Origin: Xylographa opegraphella
Lineage: Eukaryota
Assembly: GCA_022813865.1 (NCBI GenBank)
Contig: JALDZX010000058.1
Coordinates: 1 to 64,000 of the forward strand
Length of the DNA: 64,000 nucleotides
Direction of reading: 5' to 3'
Shown here: positions 50,448 through 61,874 of the stretch, piece after piece
Numbering within the stretch: position 1 is the stretch's first letter
How the letters are laid out: every line of letters starts with the position of its first letter
Made by a program: the position numbers and the translations under genes
The notes under the pieces: model-generated
What the model saw: the letters and a program-made list of their open reading frames with translations, nothing else
The model's database searches: none
Told to the model about the DNA's origin: nothing

Positions 50448-51221
50448 CTAGTCCTCGCCCGGTATGAGCTCGTAGCCTTCCTCGGGAGCGATCAGGTACG
50501 CCGACGCGCTGATGAACGCAGCGCTCAACACCATGACGCTCCAGCTGATGGTGCAGAAAACCCAGGAGGTGTCCAGCCTCCAGCCTGGGAAGAAGCGGTC
50601 GTCGTTATCGTACAGAAACGCCTGCATACAATCAGTCTGTGCACTCACTGCCATCGCTTCCAGTGCCGGGGCCCGAACTCACAATCAAAGACATGCCGGC
50701 ACACTGGATGATGCCGGCCAAGAGCAGCATGCAGCTCACGACCTTCCACCCTCTCTGTCGCATCTGTTTGCCGCCTAATATGACGACCAGGAAGGCGATG
50801 AACGTCATGCCCTCCATGACGATCGCGAAGTTCATCAGGAAGCCGACGGAGCGCCACATGGAGCAGAAGTAGCGGTCCCCGCCGTGGCAGTCCGCATCTT
50901 CAGGGAAATGTGCGCAAGTGCCAGAGAGGGAGGAGCAGCGCTTGTGCAGGCCGTAGGTGTAGTGAATGCGTGAGCCGCTGGCCTGGAGGGAGGGGACGAT
51001 TAGCTGAGGCTTCGAGATAGGCGGGGGAAGTGTTTAGGCAGGGGAGTTCGCGTCGTACCGTTTGACTGTCCCAGCTGATCCATCGTGGGATTATGATCGA
51101 TGCGAGAGTCAGGGCGCTGGCTATTGTGGAGCAGTCAGCATGATACTTGGTCAAGCACGGTGGTGAACATACCAGCCAGGAAGGCCACAAGGGCCGCGCC
51201 GTATACAATCCGCCGAGTCAT
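50448..51221 (-). CDS. Four-TM claudin/PMP22-like fungal membrane protein, 3 introns
   Basis: MTRRIVYGAALVAFLA|ASALTLASIIIPRWISW...YGLHKRC...C (W-GLxxxC-C extracellular loop); FCSMWRSVGFLM; GWRLDTSW; C-terminal GYELIP. Confidence 0.85.
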
Positions 51222-51887
51222 CCCGACAGCGGCAACCTCGCACACTCCTGAATACCGCCAGATTCTTCAAGGCGCGGAGCAGACACGAAGCAATTTCAGC
51301 GGTACTCGGGGAGCAGAGGAAGATGAAGTATTTAAGTCGCGAAATAGCGGAACGGTGTAGTATTAGGAGACTTCCCCGCAGAGGCGAGAATCGTGCACCC
51401 TTGACGCCACATGCAGTCGACAAGCTAGAGGCGGATCGGTTTACCTATGCTCAGCTGATAATCGAGACGAGCGTCACGGGTAGTGGTTACAAGCTGATAG
51501 CTTTCCGTCGTGAGACTCGAGCTATCGGACTTGTGTCCTACTGGAAATTACACGATTGGCTAAATGGCCGTGACGGATTAACTAGTGAGCGATGACATCA
51601 GGGGCTGTGGCTTCGACATGTGGGAGTGGTTTGGAGTGTTCTCGTCTGCGATTAGCCCGTTCATTAGATATCGGGTGAGTGCAACCTCGACTGCACTGGA
51701 AAAGATAAGGTGAGCTCTTTATCAACGACATTATGCACCCTTCGTAAGGAAGAATACGCGCCACCAGCATATCACGCGGACGCACAATGTGGACACTCTC
51801 GATCACGCAAACACAGCGGTAATTCCAGTCAACCCGATTGGCTGACAGACAGCATTCATTTGCTACATCAAGCTGCTTGCCTCTGTC

Positions 51888-53480
51888 CTACATTGGTCGT
51901 GGCCTTTTCGCTGGTCGCTTTGACGCGGTGCCCGGGCCATCAAAGTCAAACACATAGCCATGCCGCGAGCCAGCCGTGGACGTATTCTCTTTGGCAGCAC
52001 GCTCAGACATCTCGCCTTTCTTGATGCCTGTTGCTACTCCGTTCCGTATCTCCGGATATGTAGGAAGTAGCTCTTTCTCAATGGCTCGCGGGCTTTCCTT
52101 CCACCAGCGCTCCGCATCCACTGCATTGCTGCCCCTACACTGACCTAGTGCTTCCAAAGGCGTCCACCGAGCACTTGGGTCCCATTTCAGTAAGCCACGT
52201 AAGAAGTTGACTGTTTCGGCCGATGTGGCCGGACTGAAACGTCTCTCAATATTGTCAACACGGCCAGCGGACATCGATTCTCGCCGCCACCGGACCAGTT
52301 CCGGGCATCCCATCGCAGTAAGAGCGGCGATATCATGAGACGATGGGGAGCCGAGAAGCTTGACAATGAGCGCCAATTGCTCGATAGGCGTCTCCCCTGT
52401 CAAACACGGCGTACTGAGCAGAAGCTCGGCCAGAATGAGGCCGGCCGACCACATGTCAACAGACTGTGTGTAGTATTTCGTGCCCAAGAGAATTTCTGGA
52501 GCTCGATACCAAATCGTCACAACGCCGGGCGTCAAAGGGCGTGAGCTGAACTCTCTAGCCATCCCGAAGTCCGCTGTATATAACTATTAGCCAACATTGG
52601 TTATCGTTTGTGCTACACTCACCAAGCTTGATTACCCCTTTGGCGGTTAGCAGTAGGTTTTGCATCTTGACATCTCTGCAACACGTATCAGTAAATGCCA
52701 ATCTTGGTGAAAATCCAGTCCAACCTGTGAATAATGTCGTTCTTATGGAGATGGTCTAGACCCTCCAGGAGCTGGCGGAACAAGCATTTGACTCGAATGG
52801 TTCAGCTGAGGCACACTGTACGGATTCTCCCACATGCTGACCTTGACTTAAGCTGAATCGAACATTGAGTTCATCAAGAAGGAATGCCATGTCCTAGATC
52901 GATTGGGCAACCGGCACTTCCTCTACCTAGTGGCAGAGGAAATATGAGCCAGCTAGATGCGCCTGAATTCTCGTACTTCCGGGGTGGTTACCAACCTGCT
53001 CCGCATACTCCATCACCATGTAGATTTCGTCCAGGTCTTCCTCTCCGACCGCGACATCGAGGACATTGATCACGTTGACATGCTTCAGCGACCTCAGTAT
53101 GGAGATTTCGCGAAGTGCTGTGATGGGGATTCCGTTCTGGCGCTCTTCCGAGGACATGCGGATCTGCTTGAGCGCAACGACTTTGCCCGAAGCCCGCTCC
53201 TTTGCGCGATGTACGACACCATAGGCTTTGATACAGACCGCGGATCAGTAATCTGCAGTCACGGATTCGATCATATCTAAGCTTACTGCCTTCTCCGAGT
53301 TGGTTGAGCTGTTCGAAGCTGTCAATGGATACACAGTTGCCTAGACGTGTATCAGCTGGGTCCCTGGAATTGAGTTGTATGGTCTTGGTTACCTAGGAAG
53401 CGGGCGCTGGTATCAAGAGATAGTTCCTCGCCTGAAATGGAGAGCCATTGTGGAGGATCCGAGTATCCGTATTTTGCCAT
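51888..53480 (-). CDS. Cyclin-dependent kinase, CDK10/CDK11 (PITSLRE-like) subfamily, multi-exon
   Basis: QLGEG|TYG-type loop across an intron, VALKQI, GIPITALREISILRSLKH, HRDVKMQNLLL, ADFGMAREF, TPGVVTIWYRAPEILLG. Confidence 0.93.
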
Positions 53481-55061
53481 TTTGGCTATCTTGCCCAGAG
53501 ACACTTTGTCATAGAAACGAAGCCTGCTTGTGTAACTGTATGACAAGGTCCCTGCAAGGTCTGGCGGTAACAGTCACTTGTGATCTCCCATTTGTTACTC
53601 GAGTATCACGGAACCTGCTTACCTTATTGCTAGAGTGCATCCGCGCGACGAAGCACCAAAGCACCCTCGGTACCTTGCCTTATTCGGGCTAGGATATCTC
53701 GCTACTAGCGCAATTGACCCCATCAAGGTTTGCATGCGAAAGACCAGTTGGAGTAGCATTTCACGATCATTCTTTCGATTCCAAATGTTTATCTATCGTC
53801 CATTGGAGGTGTACTATCCTCTTCCGTCTAGCGGTATCTTCCCAAGCTTCATTGTGCCCTCGAGCTTTCCAAGGTTGCGAGGCAGAGATTCATAGATGAT
53901 AACTCTGAGTGACTTGCATGCCAAGCTTCAAGAATGTGAAATCGTATTCTTCTTCAACCAATAACGAGGTGGTGACACGCTTGTATACCTGGGAATCCCC
54001 GTTACTTAGAATGCAACTACGCGTCGTGGCTTAGTTGTCATTGCCTTAGCACTTTTGATGAATCCATATTTACGACTTCATCTGCGGCGGTGGCGCCTGT
54101 ACCGGCATCATTGACAGGTCGTAGCCCGCGTCACAGGCACTCTTCGTCGCCGTCTGAGACTTTGAAGTTTACATGCCGCCGAATACGGGACACGCCCGTG
54201 AGCAGCGGTACCGTGCCACGGGGGCCCTATGCGGTCGCCACTGAGTTTTTCAACACGAATGGGCGCTGAAGGGGTGGTGATTGTAGAAGAGAGACTGAGC
54301 GTTCAAGGGAGAGAAATTGCTCCAGGGCGGACGCTGTTTCATAGAGGGTACTTGTTCCAGCGCAGGTCTCGTGTGAGCTTTGCCGTGCACCGATCTGCAC
54401 ATAGCCTCATCAAACATATATTGCAGTTGTTCACATGTATTCTCCGTGATCTCGACTCGCTTTGACTCCAGCCCCTCCTTCCGACGACTCGCCGCACCCA
54501 CAGCTCCCCACAGCACTCGGTCGCCCACGGGACAAGTACGGCCGCCAAGCAGTCATCACGACATCCACCTCCCACGAACTCCTGTAAATTAAGCGAGAGC
54601 AATGGTCATGGCGTGATGGGCACGATGGAATGACGATCCGACACTGAAAGATCTGGCGACGGGGATCAAGTGCCCATGCTTTCTGATGTCAGTCGGCGCC
54701 AAGGACGACTTACTCCCCGGCTTGGCCTTTTGCATGAGAAGATCGGCTGCGTTACTCTGGGGGATCGGAATGGCGATCTGGTGAGCGCATCACATCATCG
54801 CTCCGTGTTCGGGTCGACATTACATCTCCAGAGTAAGGTACCTACCTTAGGTAAGATACATGTTGTGCATCTCGTCGTTGGTTTGGGAAAAGTCCCACTT
54901 CAGATTGGAACATTTTGGGCCGATCCCGAGGGCACGGTACGCTACTGGCCTAGCCGGACATCAGCCGCGAGCTAGGCGAAAAGCTCGAATGGATCCGAAG
55001 AGAGCAAGCCGGGGGGTGAGTGGGCTAATTGCTGGTGCAGGGGAAGACGAGGAGGGAAGAG

Positions 55062-55928
55062 AACGTGCGTGAATGGGCGTGTCTCATTGGCTGGTTGGAC
55101 GTCGTTCCACACGCTGCAGCAGCAGAACAGCCAAACTGATTCCGCTGCCAGGTCGGAGCCATCCGAATTGAAAGCTGCTGCAAGGTCTGGACCCACCGCG
55201 ACCTTTGGGATTCCTGCAGCGCTCATCGTCCGGACGGTCGTGTCTCGTGCCCGGGGACGGATCCAGGGGCGGAGTCGTGTGTCCTCGGACGACTCGGTGG
55301 CATCATGATCCAATTCGAGAGGCGAGACAGCGTCGACCGTCGTTCGGAGCGGAGTTCACCTGGGGGCGAGCGATGAGTTCTTCATGCTACGCACAATTGC
55401 CAAGAACACGTTGTCGATGTGAAGGCTGCCATTTGCTCGCCCTCGCACATTCCCGTCTTCCAAGCCTTTCGACCCCGAATAGCCTTCTTGGCATGGAGCA
55501 CTTTCCAACACGGGGCCTTCTGCCATTCTCCATCTTTTTCATCATGGGCCTCGGTCGCGGAAAGCACCGTGTCTTGCGTGCAGCCAGTCCCATCCCAATC
55601 CGATGCATGTTCCACCGTCCGACAGGATGACTTGCCCCTCATTGGCTGCATCCGTCCACGGTAGACTGGTGCATGACCGGGCCTTGCACCTTCTGGAAGG
55701 GTTGGGAAGGCATGAATGAGGTGAAGCGTCATCGCCTGAAAAGGGCCATCGCCTGCAGACCAGTGGCGGCATGCATCGTTGTCAGGCCCTGCACGAGCAG
55801 CAGCAGCTGTCACCATTGGTCGGCCACCTCCATTTGACGCCAGCTGTGTCCTGATTCGCCCCAGAGCTCGCGGTGGCTAGTGGAGAGCGAGAGAGGATCG
55901 AAGGCTTTTTGGCGGGCCTCGAACGTGC
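55062..55928. promoter_or_regulatory. Two GCACGTT (AACGTGC) E-box variants upstream of PHO84; candidate Pho4/NUC-1/PalcA sites
   Basis: AACGTGC at 55062-55068 and 55922-55928. CACGTT is the known low-affinity Pho4 core. Confidence 0.4.
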
Positions 55929-56168
55929 AGCGCGGAAATGTTGCTCGAAGCTGGACCTAGCGCCTTGGTGAGAGGTTGGTCTCCTCAATCATCAATCAGC
56001 TTTGGTCCGATGGGGCGCAGAGTTTGATTATTGGCCCCCCTCCCGCCACAGAGTACTTATATATGACTTGCTCGCATCCTCCCCCCTCCTGATCTCTCCC
56101 CCGGTCGTGCTCACATCCTTCGTTGCATCCATCCGTCGGCAGTGCTCACTCACTGTCCCTCCGTCCCG

Positions 56169-58105
56169 ATGGCTCAACGGACAGCTGGCGGCAATGCTGC
56201 CTTCCACAACTTCCACAACGACTATGCCCACATCGCCGACCCCAACGAGCGGCGGAGACTCGCCCTTGCCGAGATCGACAAGGCGCCGTTCGGCTGGTAC
56301 CACGTTCGAGCCATCGTCGTGGCCGGCATTGGTTTCTTCACCGATGCCTACGATATCTTTGCCATCGGCCTGGTGACCACCATGCTGGGCGTCGTCTACT
56401 GGCACACCGGTGCCAGTCCCGGCAAAATCGATTCCACGGCGGACACCGCGATCAAGGTATGTGTCGCCAAATTGACCGCGGCGCATCGAGCCAGCGCTGA
56501 CGAAATTCAAGGTCGCCACGTCTGGAGGCACCGTCATTGGACAAGTCGGGTTCGGGATCCTGGCCGACATTGTCGGTCGGAAGAGGATGTACGGTCTCGA
56601 ACTGATCATCATCATCTTCGCCACACTCGCCCAAGCCCTGTCGTCCGACTCGCCCTCGATGTCCATCGTCGGCGTGATCATCTTCTGGCGCGTGCTCATG
56701 GGCGTGGGTATCGGAGGCGATTACCCCTTGTCGTCGATTATCACTTCGGAATTCGCAACCACCAAGTGGAGAGGCGCCATGATGTAGGACCCTCCCTCTA
56801 GGTGTCGCGCGTGGGACATCCGCTGACAAGAGAACCAGGGGCTCCGTGTTCGCCATGCAGGGCATCGGCCAGTTCGCTGCTGGTCTCGTCGCCTTGATTG
56901 CCGTGTCTGGATTCAAAGACTCCCTATCGAGCGCGAAGAGCGTAGCGGTGTGCGATGGCGGATGCGCCGAGTCGGTCGATAAGATGTGGCGCATCATCAT
57001 CGGTTTCGGTGCCGTGCCCGGCTGCATCGCTCTCTACTACCGTCTGACCATCCCGGAAACTCCGCGCTTCACCTTCGACGTCGCCCGAGACCCAGAAAAG
57101 GCGGGCGAGGACACCAAGGCGTACATGCAGGGCAAACACGAGGGTCACCCCAACGAGATCATGCGCGTCCAGGGGATCGTGGCCGCCGAGCAAAGCTTGA
57201 CGATTCCCAAGGCAAGCTGGAAGGACTTTGTGAGGCACTACATGCAATGGAAGAACGGCAAAGTTCTGCTAGGGACGGCTGGCTCGTGGTTCTTTCTCGA
57301 CGTGGGTCCACCCTCGCATCCCTCCTTCCTCCTCGATAAGAAGCTAACATCGTTTCAGGTCGCCTTCTACGGTCTCTCCCTCAACAACTCCGTCATCCTC
57401 TCCGCCATCGGCTACTCCAGCGGCGCCAACGTCTACGAGACCGTACGTCTTCCCCACTCCCTCTCTCTCAACCCCCCCCCAACCTCTAACCCGCACTAGT
57501 TCTACAACACCGCCGTCGGCAACATCATCATCGTGTGCGCGGGCGCCATTCCCGGCTACTGGGTCACTGTCGCGACAGTGGACACGATCGGGCGCAAGCC
57601 CATCCAATACATGGGCTTCGCGATGCTGACCATCCTCTTCTGCATCATCGGCTTCGCGTACGACAAGCTCGGCACCAAGGGCCTCCTCGCCCTCTACGTC
57701 GTCGCGCAGTTCTTCTTCAACTTCGGCCCCAACGCCACCACCTTCATCGTGCCGGGCGAGTGCTTCCCCACGCGCTACCGCTCCACCTCGCACGGCCTGT
57801 CGGCCGCCGCCGGCAAGGTCGGCTCCATCGTCGCCCAGGTCGTCATCGGCCCCCTGCGCGTGCGCGGCAACCCCACGACCAAGAACCCCTCCCCCTGGCT
57901 GAACCACGTCATGGAGATTTACGCGCTCTTCATGCTGTGTGGCGTTGCTACCACGGCCCTGATCCCGGAGACGAAGCGCAAGACCCTCGAGGTGCTGGCG
58001 GGTGAGGCGCCTGGCACGCCGAACTACGATCCCGTGGAGGGGGCGAAGGGTAGTAACGAGGGCAGCGAAAAGGATATGCGCGTCGTGGGCGATCGGAACG
58101 TGTGA
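56169..58105 (+). CDS. PHO84: High-affinity inorganic phosphate:H+ symporter (MFS), 4 introns
   Basis: GGNAAFHNFHNDYAHIADPNERRRLALAEIDKAPFGWYHVRAIVVAGIGFFTDAYDIF; GIGGDYPLSSIITSEFATTKWRGAMM; RLTIPETPR; NFGPNATTFIVPGECFPTRYRS; IPETKRKTLE. Confidence 0.97.
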
Positions 58106-59525
58106 GTACCGGTGCGTGCTTTTGATCGCGTGGTCGGTTGCCGGGGTGGTATCTATATGTATATGTGTGCGTATGTGTGTGTGTATGTTGATTTTTTCGG
58201 CCGGACGCGTGGAACCCAGGGAATAGGCCGTGTGATACCCGTTTCTTAATCTTCCCCCTTGTCCTCGCTATAAGTAGGTAGGTAGCTAGGTAGCTAGCTC
58301 GTTCGGGTAAAATACTCATTTTCCGTTTCCCCTGCGCACTGGCTTGCTTGTATAAAGTAAGGAATGCTGCCGGGCTCTCGTTTGCTCTTCTCTCTATAAT
58401 CAGATGCGGCGCTTTGCGTTTCGGTCCGGGTGCGCTTTTCTGGATCCTTTCCTTGGCCCTTCCGCCCGCCCGCCCGCCCGTCGAGCAACCACCGCCGGCG
58501 TCTTCGCCATAGATGATCACTTCCCTCCCTCCAGCGATGCATTTGCCCGTTCGCAGAACGGGACCGGATCGGACCTGACCTGACCTGGCGTGCGTGCGTG
58601 CGTGCGTGAATAAGTAAAAGAAGTAAGCGGAGCGGGTATGTATGTATGTATCGAAATCTTAAAAAGGTAGAAAAGGGAGGGAGGGGGGGAATAAGGGGTC
58701 GAAGAAGCCTATACAAACCACACCTAGCGCCAAAAACACCCCAAAAGCAGACAGATAATTCCAGTTGGTATTTGGAAAGAGCGTGAGAGGATATATATCC
58801 ATCCATCCACTGCCATCTAATCTACGAGCCCTGCAAGCATGAACCCCCCACCCCCCATATACCCGGCTACCAAAACCCCCCATCCCCTCGCCCCGAAGAT
58901 TAAATAGACGCGCGCGCGTATACGTTGGTTATAAGCGCGTTAAGCGGGGTGGGTGGGATGGTGGTGGGGGTGGGGGTGGATGGAACATTCTGGCTGTGTA
59001 GTGATGCTGCTTGCTGCTGTAGCCTGCAGTGTCTCATTTTGGGTTAAACCCCTCGGTTTGCGGGGTGGGTGGGTGATGGTGTTATCATTATCGTTGTCGA
59101 TGTCGATATCGTTGTCCTCGCCGGCGCGTGATTGGTGAACGGTGTAGTGGGAAGAGGGGGAGAGGGGTTAGCGACGCAGCCGGAACGCGGGTTCGCCGAT
59201 CGGTTCGGAGAGCTGGAAAGGGGAGGGGAGGACGGTGGATGTCACATGAAGGGAGGGAAAGCGGATAGGGTGCGCGATGTTTTTTTTATTTTATATTTTT
59301 TATATGTTTGTCTATGGGCCCCGCGCCGCAGGACAGGCTACTCACCCCACCACCCCGCCCTTCTCTACCCTTTCCCCCCCTTGTCCCACCGCCCATATCC
59401 TCCTGTCTCCCTATCCACCGCTCCCGCGACGAAACCCCCCCCCTCTCTCCCTCTTTCACCCCCCCTCAATCTTCTCCCCATCCTCCTACCCGCCCCCATC
59501 AGTCCATCCCGTCCCCCCTTCCTCA

Positions 59526-60167
59526 CTAAGGGTTGCACACACAAACCCTACGACACTGGTTAAGGGCCGGGGTCGGCACCGCATTGCCGGCATTAAGCCT
59601 CCACGTCACTTTCATGCGCTTGCACGTCGCGATCTGGTAGCAGTCGATAGGGATGGGGTTGGAGTGCGCCATCTGCGCCGGCAGCGTTGTGCGGCGAGGG
59701 TTGCAGTGGATCTCGCCGTCGTTGTTGCCGCCGAAGCAGCGCGGTGACAGCTCGCGCTTACAGGTGGCGTCCTTGGCCGCTTCCGCTGCGCGCGAGAAGA
59801 GCTCGTGGATCTCCGGCACCGCGTCGGGGTGGGCGTCCGCAATGGCGTCGGCGTAGGCATCAGCGATGCTGTTAGGGCGGTGCCCGGATGCGTTAGTGGA
59901 GTGTGATGGGGCGGTGGGGAGAGAGGGTTGGGGAAGAGGGAAAATAGGGGAGGAGCGGGTATTTGGCTCTATGGCATCCAGCGAGAGGGTTGGTAAGGGA
60001 AGAGCCGCGGGGGGGGGGAGGAGGTGGCATTGGGACTGTACGTACGGACTGGCTTCGCGGACGGCGAGTGCAGCCTGCTCGTCGGCGAAGTCGAATGCAT
60101 TAATCTGGGCGGTGGTAAGAGAGAGGAAAGAGAGGAGGGAGAGAACGAGAGCGCCGGTGAGTTGCAT
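59526..60167 (-). CDS. Small secreted cysteine-rich protein (154 aa spliced, 8 Cys) with an X-Ala/X-Pro propeptide
   Basis: Signal MQLTGALVLSLLSFLSLTTA; VR then EA-SP-IA-DA-YA-DA-IA-DA-HP-DA-VP after removing intron 60045-59869 (GTACGT...CTAACAG); mature part ends CRRVCVCNP. Confidence 0.85.
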   Translation of the reverse strand: MQLTGALVLSLLSFLSLTTAQINAFDFADEQAALAVREASPYVQSQCHLLPPPAALPLPTLSLDAIEPNTRSSPIFPLPQPSLPTAPSHSTNASGHRPNSIADAYADAIADAHPDAVPEIHELFSRAAEAAKDATCKRELSPRCFGGNNDGEIHCNPRRTTLPAQMAHSNPIPIDCYQIATCKRMKVTWRLNAGNAVPTPALNQCRRVCVCNP

Positions 60168-61122
60168 TGTAGAGTAGGTTTGCGATCGGTTAAAAGAGCT
60201 TTGGCGGAGAGAAGACGATGATGGTTTTGGAGCTGGACAGGTGAGGTTGATGTGGAATTTGACCTTGACAAAGGAAGAAGCTGTGTTGTTGAACTGAAAG
60301 ATGATAGATGAAAAAAGTGCTTGATGTATGTAGTTCAGCGTGAGGAGCATCGATCTTTTATCGACGAAATTGAGGGAAAGCTGTACATCCGCCATTGACG
60401 CCATTGCTGATCAAGAACAACAGCTCCAACAGTTAACCACAATGATGACCGACGAGCATGTTGTCTCACACCGTTGCGTGAGCCTCCAGCGAGACTGAGG
60501 CGGGTGTATATTGGGGGCCTGCACTGTGATTGTTACTGCGGCACTTGATGATCGTGGATAGTGCTGAGCAACAATTGTTCCTACCACAAAATTCTCAATC
60601 GGACAATTTCGCTAGGCTGTGTAGGACTATATGGTCGTCGACGTGCAAGGGCCATCGTACTCCGTACTGAGAAGGACGATATGGAAGCCAGTGTAGGCAC
60701 GCCACCAACAAAGAAAGCTCCGAGGTCAGAGTCGATGCAGAGGCGATGTCAGAGCTTGGCGGCACGGTTGCAGAACTGCCGGTGGGAGGACCTGCGATTT
60801 GTGACTGGCCTTGAAGCTGCGTGAGGCTGAGATGAGGTAACGATACTGACGTGAGAACGACTTTGAGGGCCGCGGCACAGCAACACAATCTTCGAAGTTG
60901 ACATAAGCAGGATGAAGATTGATTCAGCGAATTCCTCGCTAAGCCTGGTGCACCCCAGTCATATCTCTGGTTTTGTGTCTGGTTCTTCGAGGTTTGAAAC
61001 CAGGGTATATCGTTCTTTTACTCTTTAGGATAAACTCTGATTCAGTGCTTTGAGCCCAAGGAACTATCCAAGGGCGTCCCAACACGCGCTGCCAAGAACG
61101 ATGGCTATCGACACTCAGTGGT

Positions 61123-61874
61123 CTAGTAAGCCTTCTCGTCCTCATCATGCCCTGTGATGCTTTCGAGTGGCCCGGGCTTACGAATCATGATCTGGATCCG
61201 GTAGGAGCCGTAACCCCGGTTCCTTCCTCCCCACTCGATGAGATCGTAGTCTATGAAATCCACATCCTTCCAGCCAAATTTCACATATTCCCGCCGGCCG
61301 CTCATTGGGGTCTGGACCCATAAGATCTCCTTTGCGAGTCCGAAGTGCAGGAAGCCCCAGTCCAGTAATTGTGAGCCGACGGCTTGGGATTGGAATTGCG
61401 GGAGGATGAACAAAGCTTGCCATTCTGGGGGCTCGTTAGCACCGCCATTTGATCTCAAATACGAATATGCTGGGAAGAGGATGGCTGCTGACCGACGTGT
61501 TTCTGATCGTTGAGATGCTTGCGATGCATAGCCGTAATCTTATTGTCACGCAGTTGGATAAGTTCGCCGTTCATCTCCTCGGGGCAAGACGTCGCCGGGG
61601 TGTATTCGGCGATCTGACCGCTGTGGAAGCGGATGACACCGAATCCGACGATTCTTCCTCCACTCACAAGGGATGCCTTGATGATGCGGGACTGGGAATC
61701 GCCCAGAGTATGGAGTAGCTCCAAGTGAAAGAGTCCCGCTTGGGTTTCGTCGTTCTCTGTCTTCCCGCGATTGAATATGAGGCCATGTAAAGGGTCCGAT
61801 TCCTGGGTCTTGAGGAACACGGAAGTCAGGCCCTTGACATCGGCCTCTGTGGCTAAGGATATTTTCACAGACAT
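61123..61874 (-). CDS. GNAT-family N-acetyltransferase, 1 intron
   Basis: MSVKISLATEADVKGL; RIIKASLVSGGRIVGF; acetyl-CoA motif A LFILPQFQSQAVGSQLLDWG; motif B GRREYVKFGW; WGGRNRGYGSY. Confidence 0.85.

Noticed and set aside
60168..60404. N-terminal extension of the 292-aa ORF 59526-60404
   Set aside because: The signal peptide and a good start context begin at ATG 60167. The upstream part looks like promoter/5' UTR, and the middle of the ORF is an intron.
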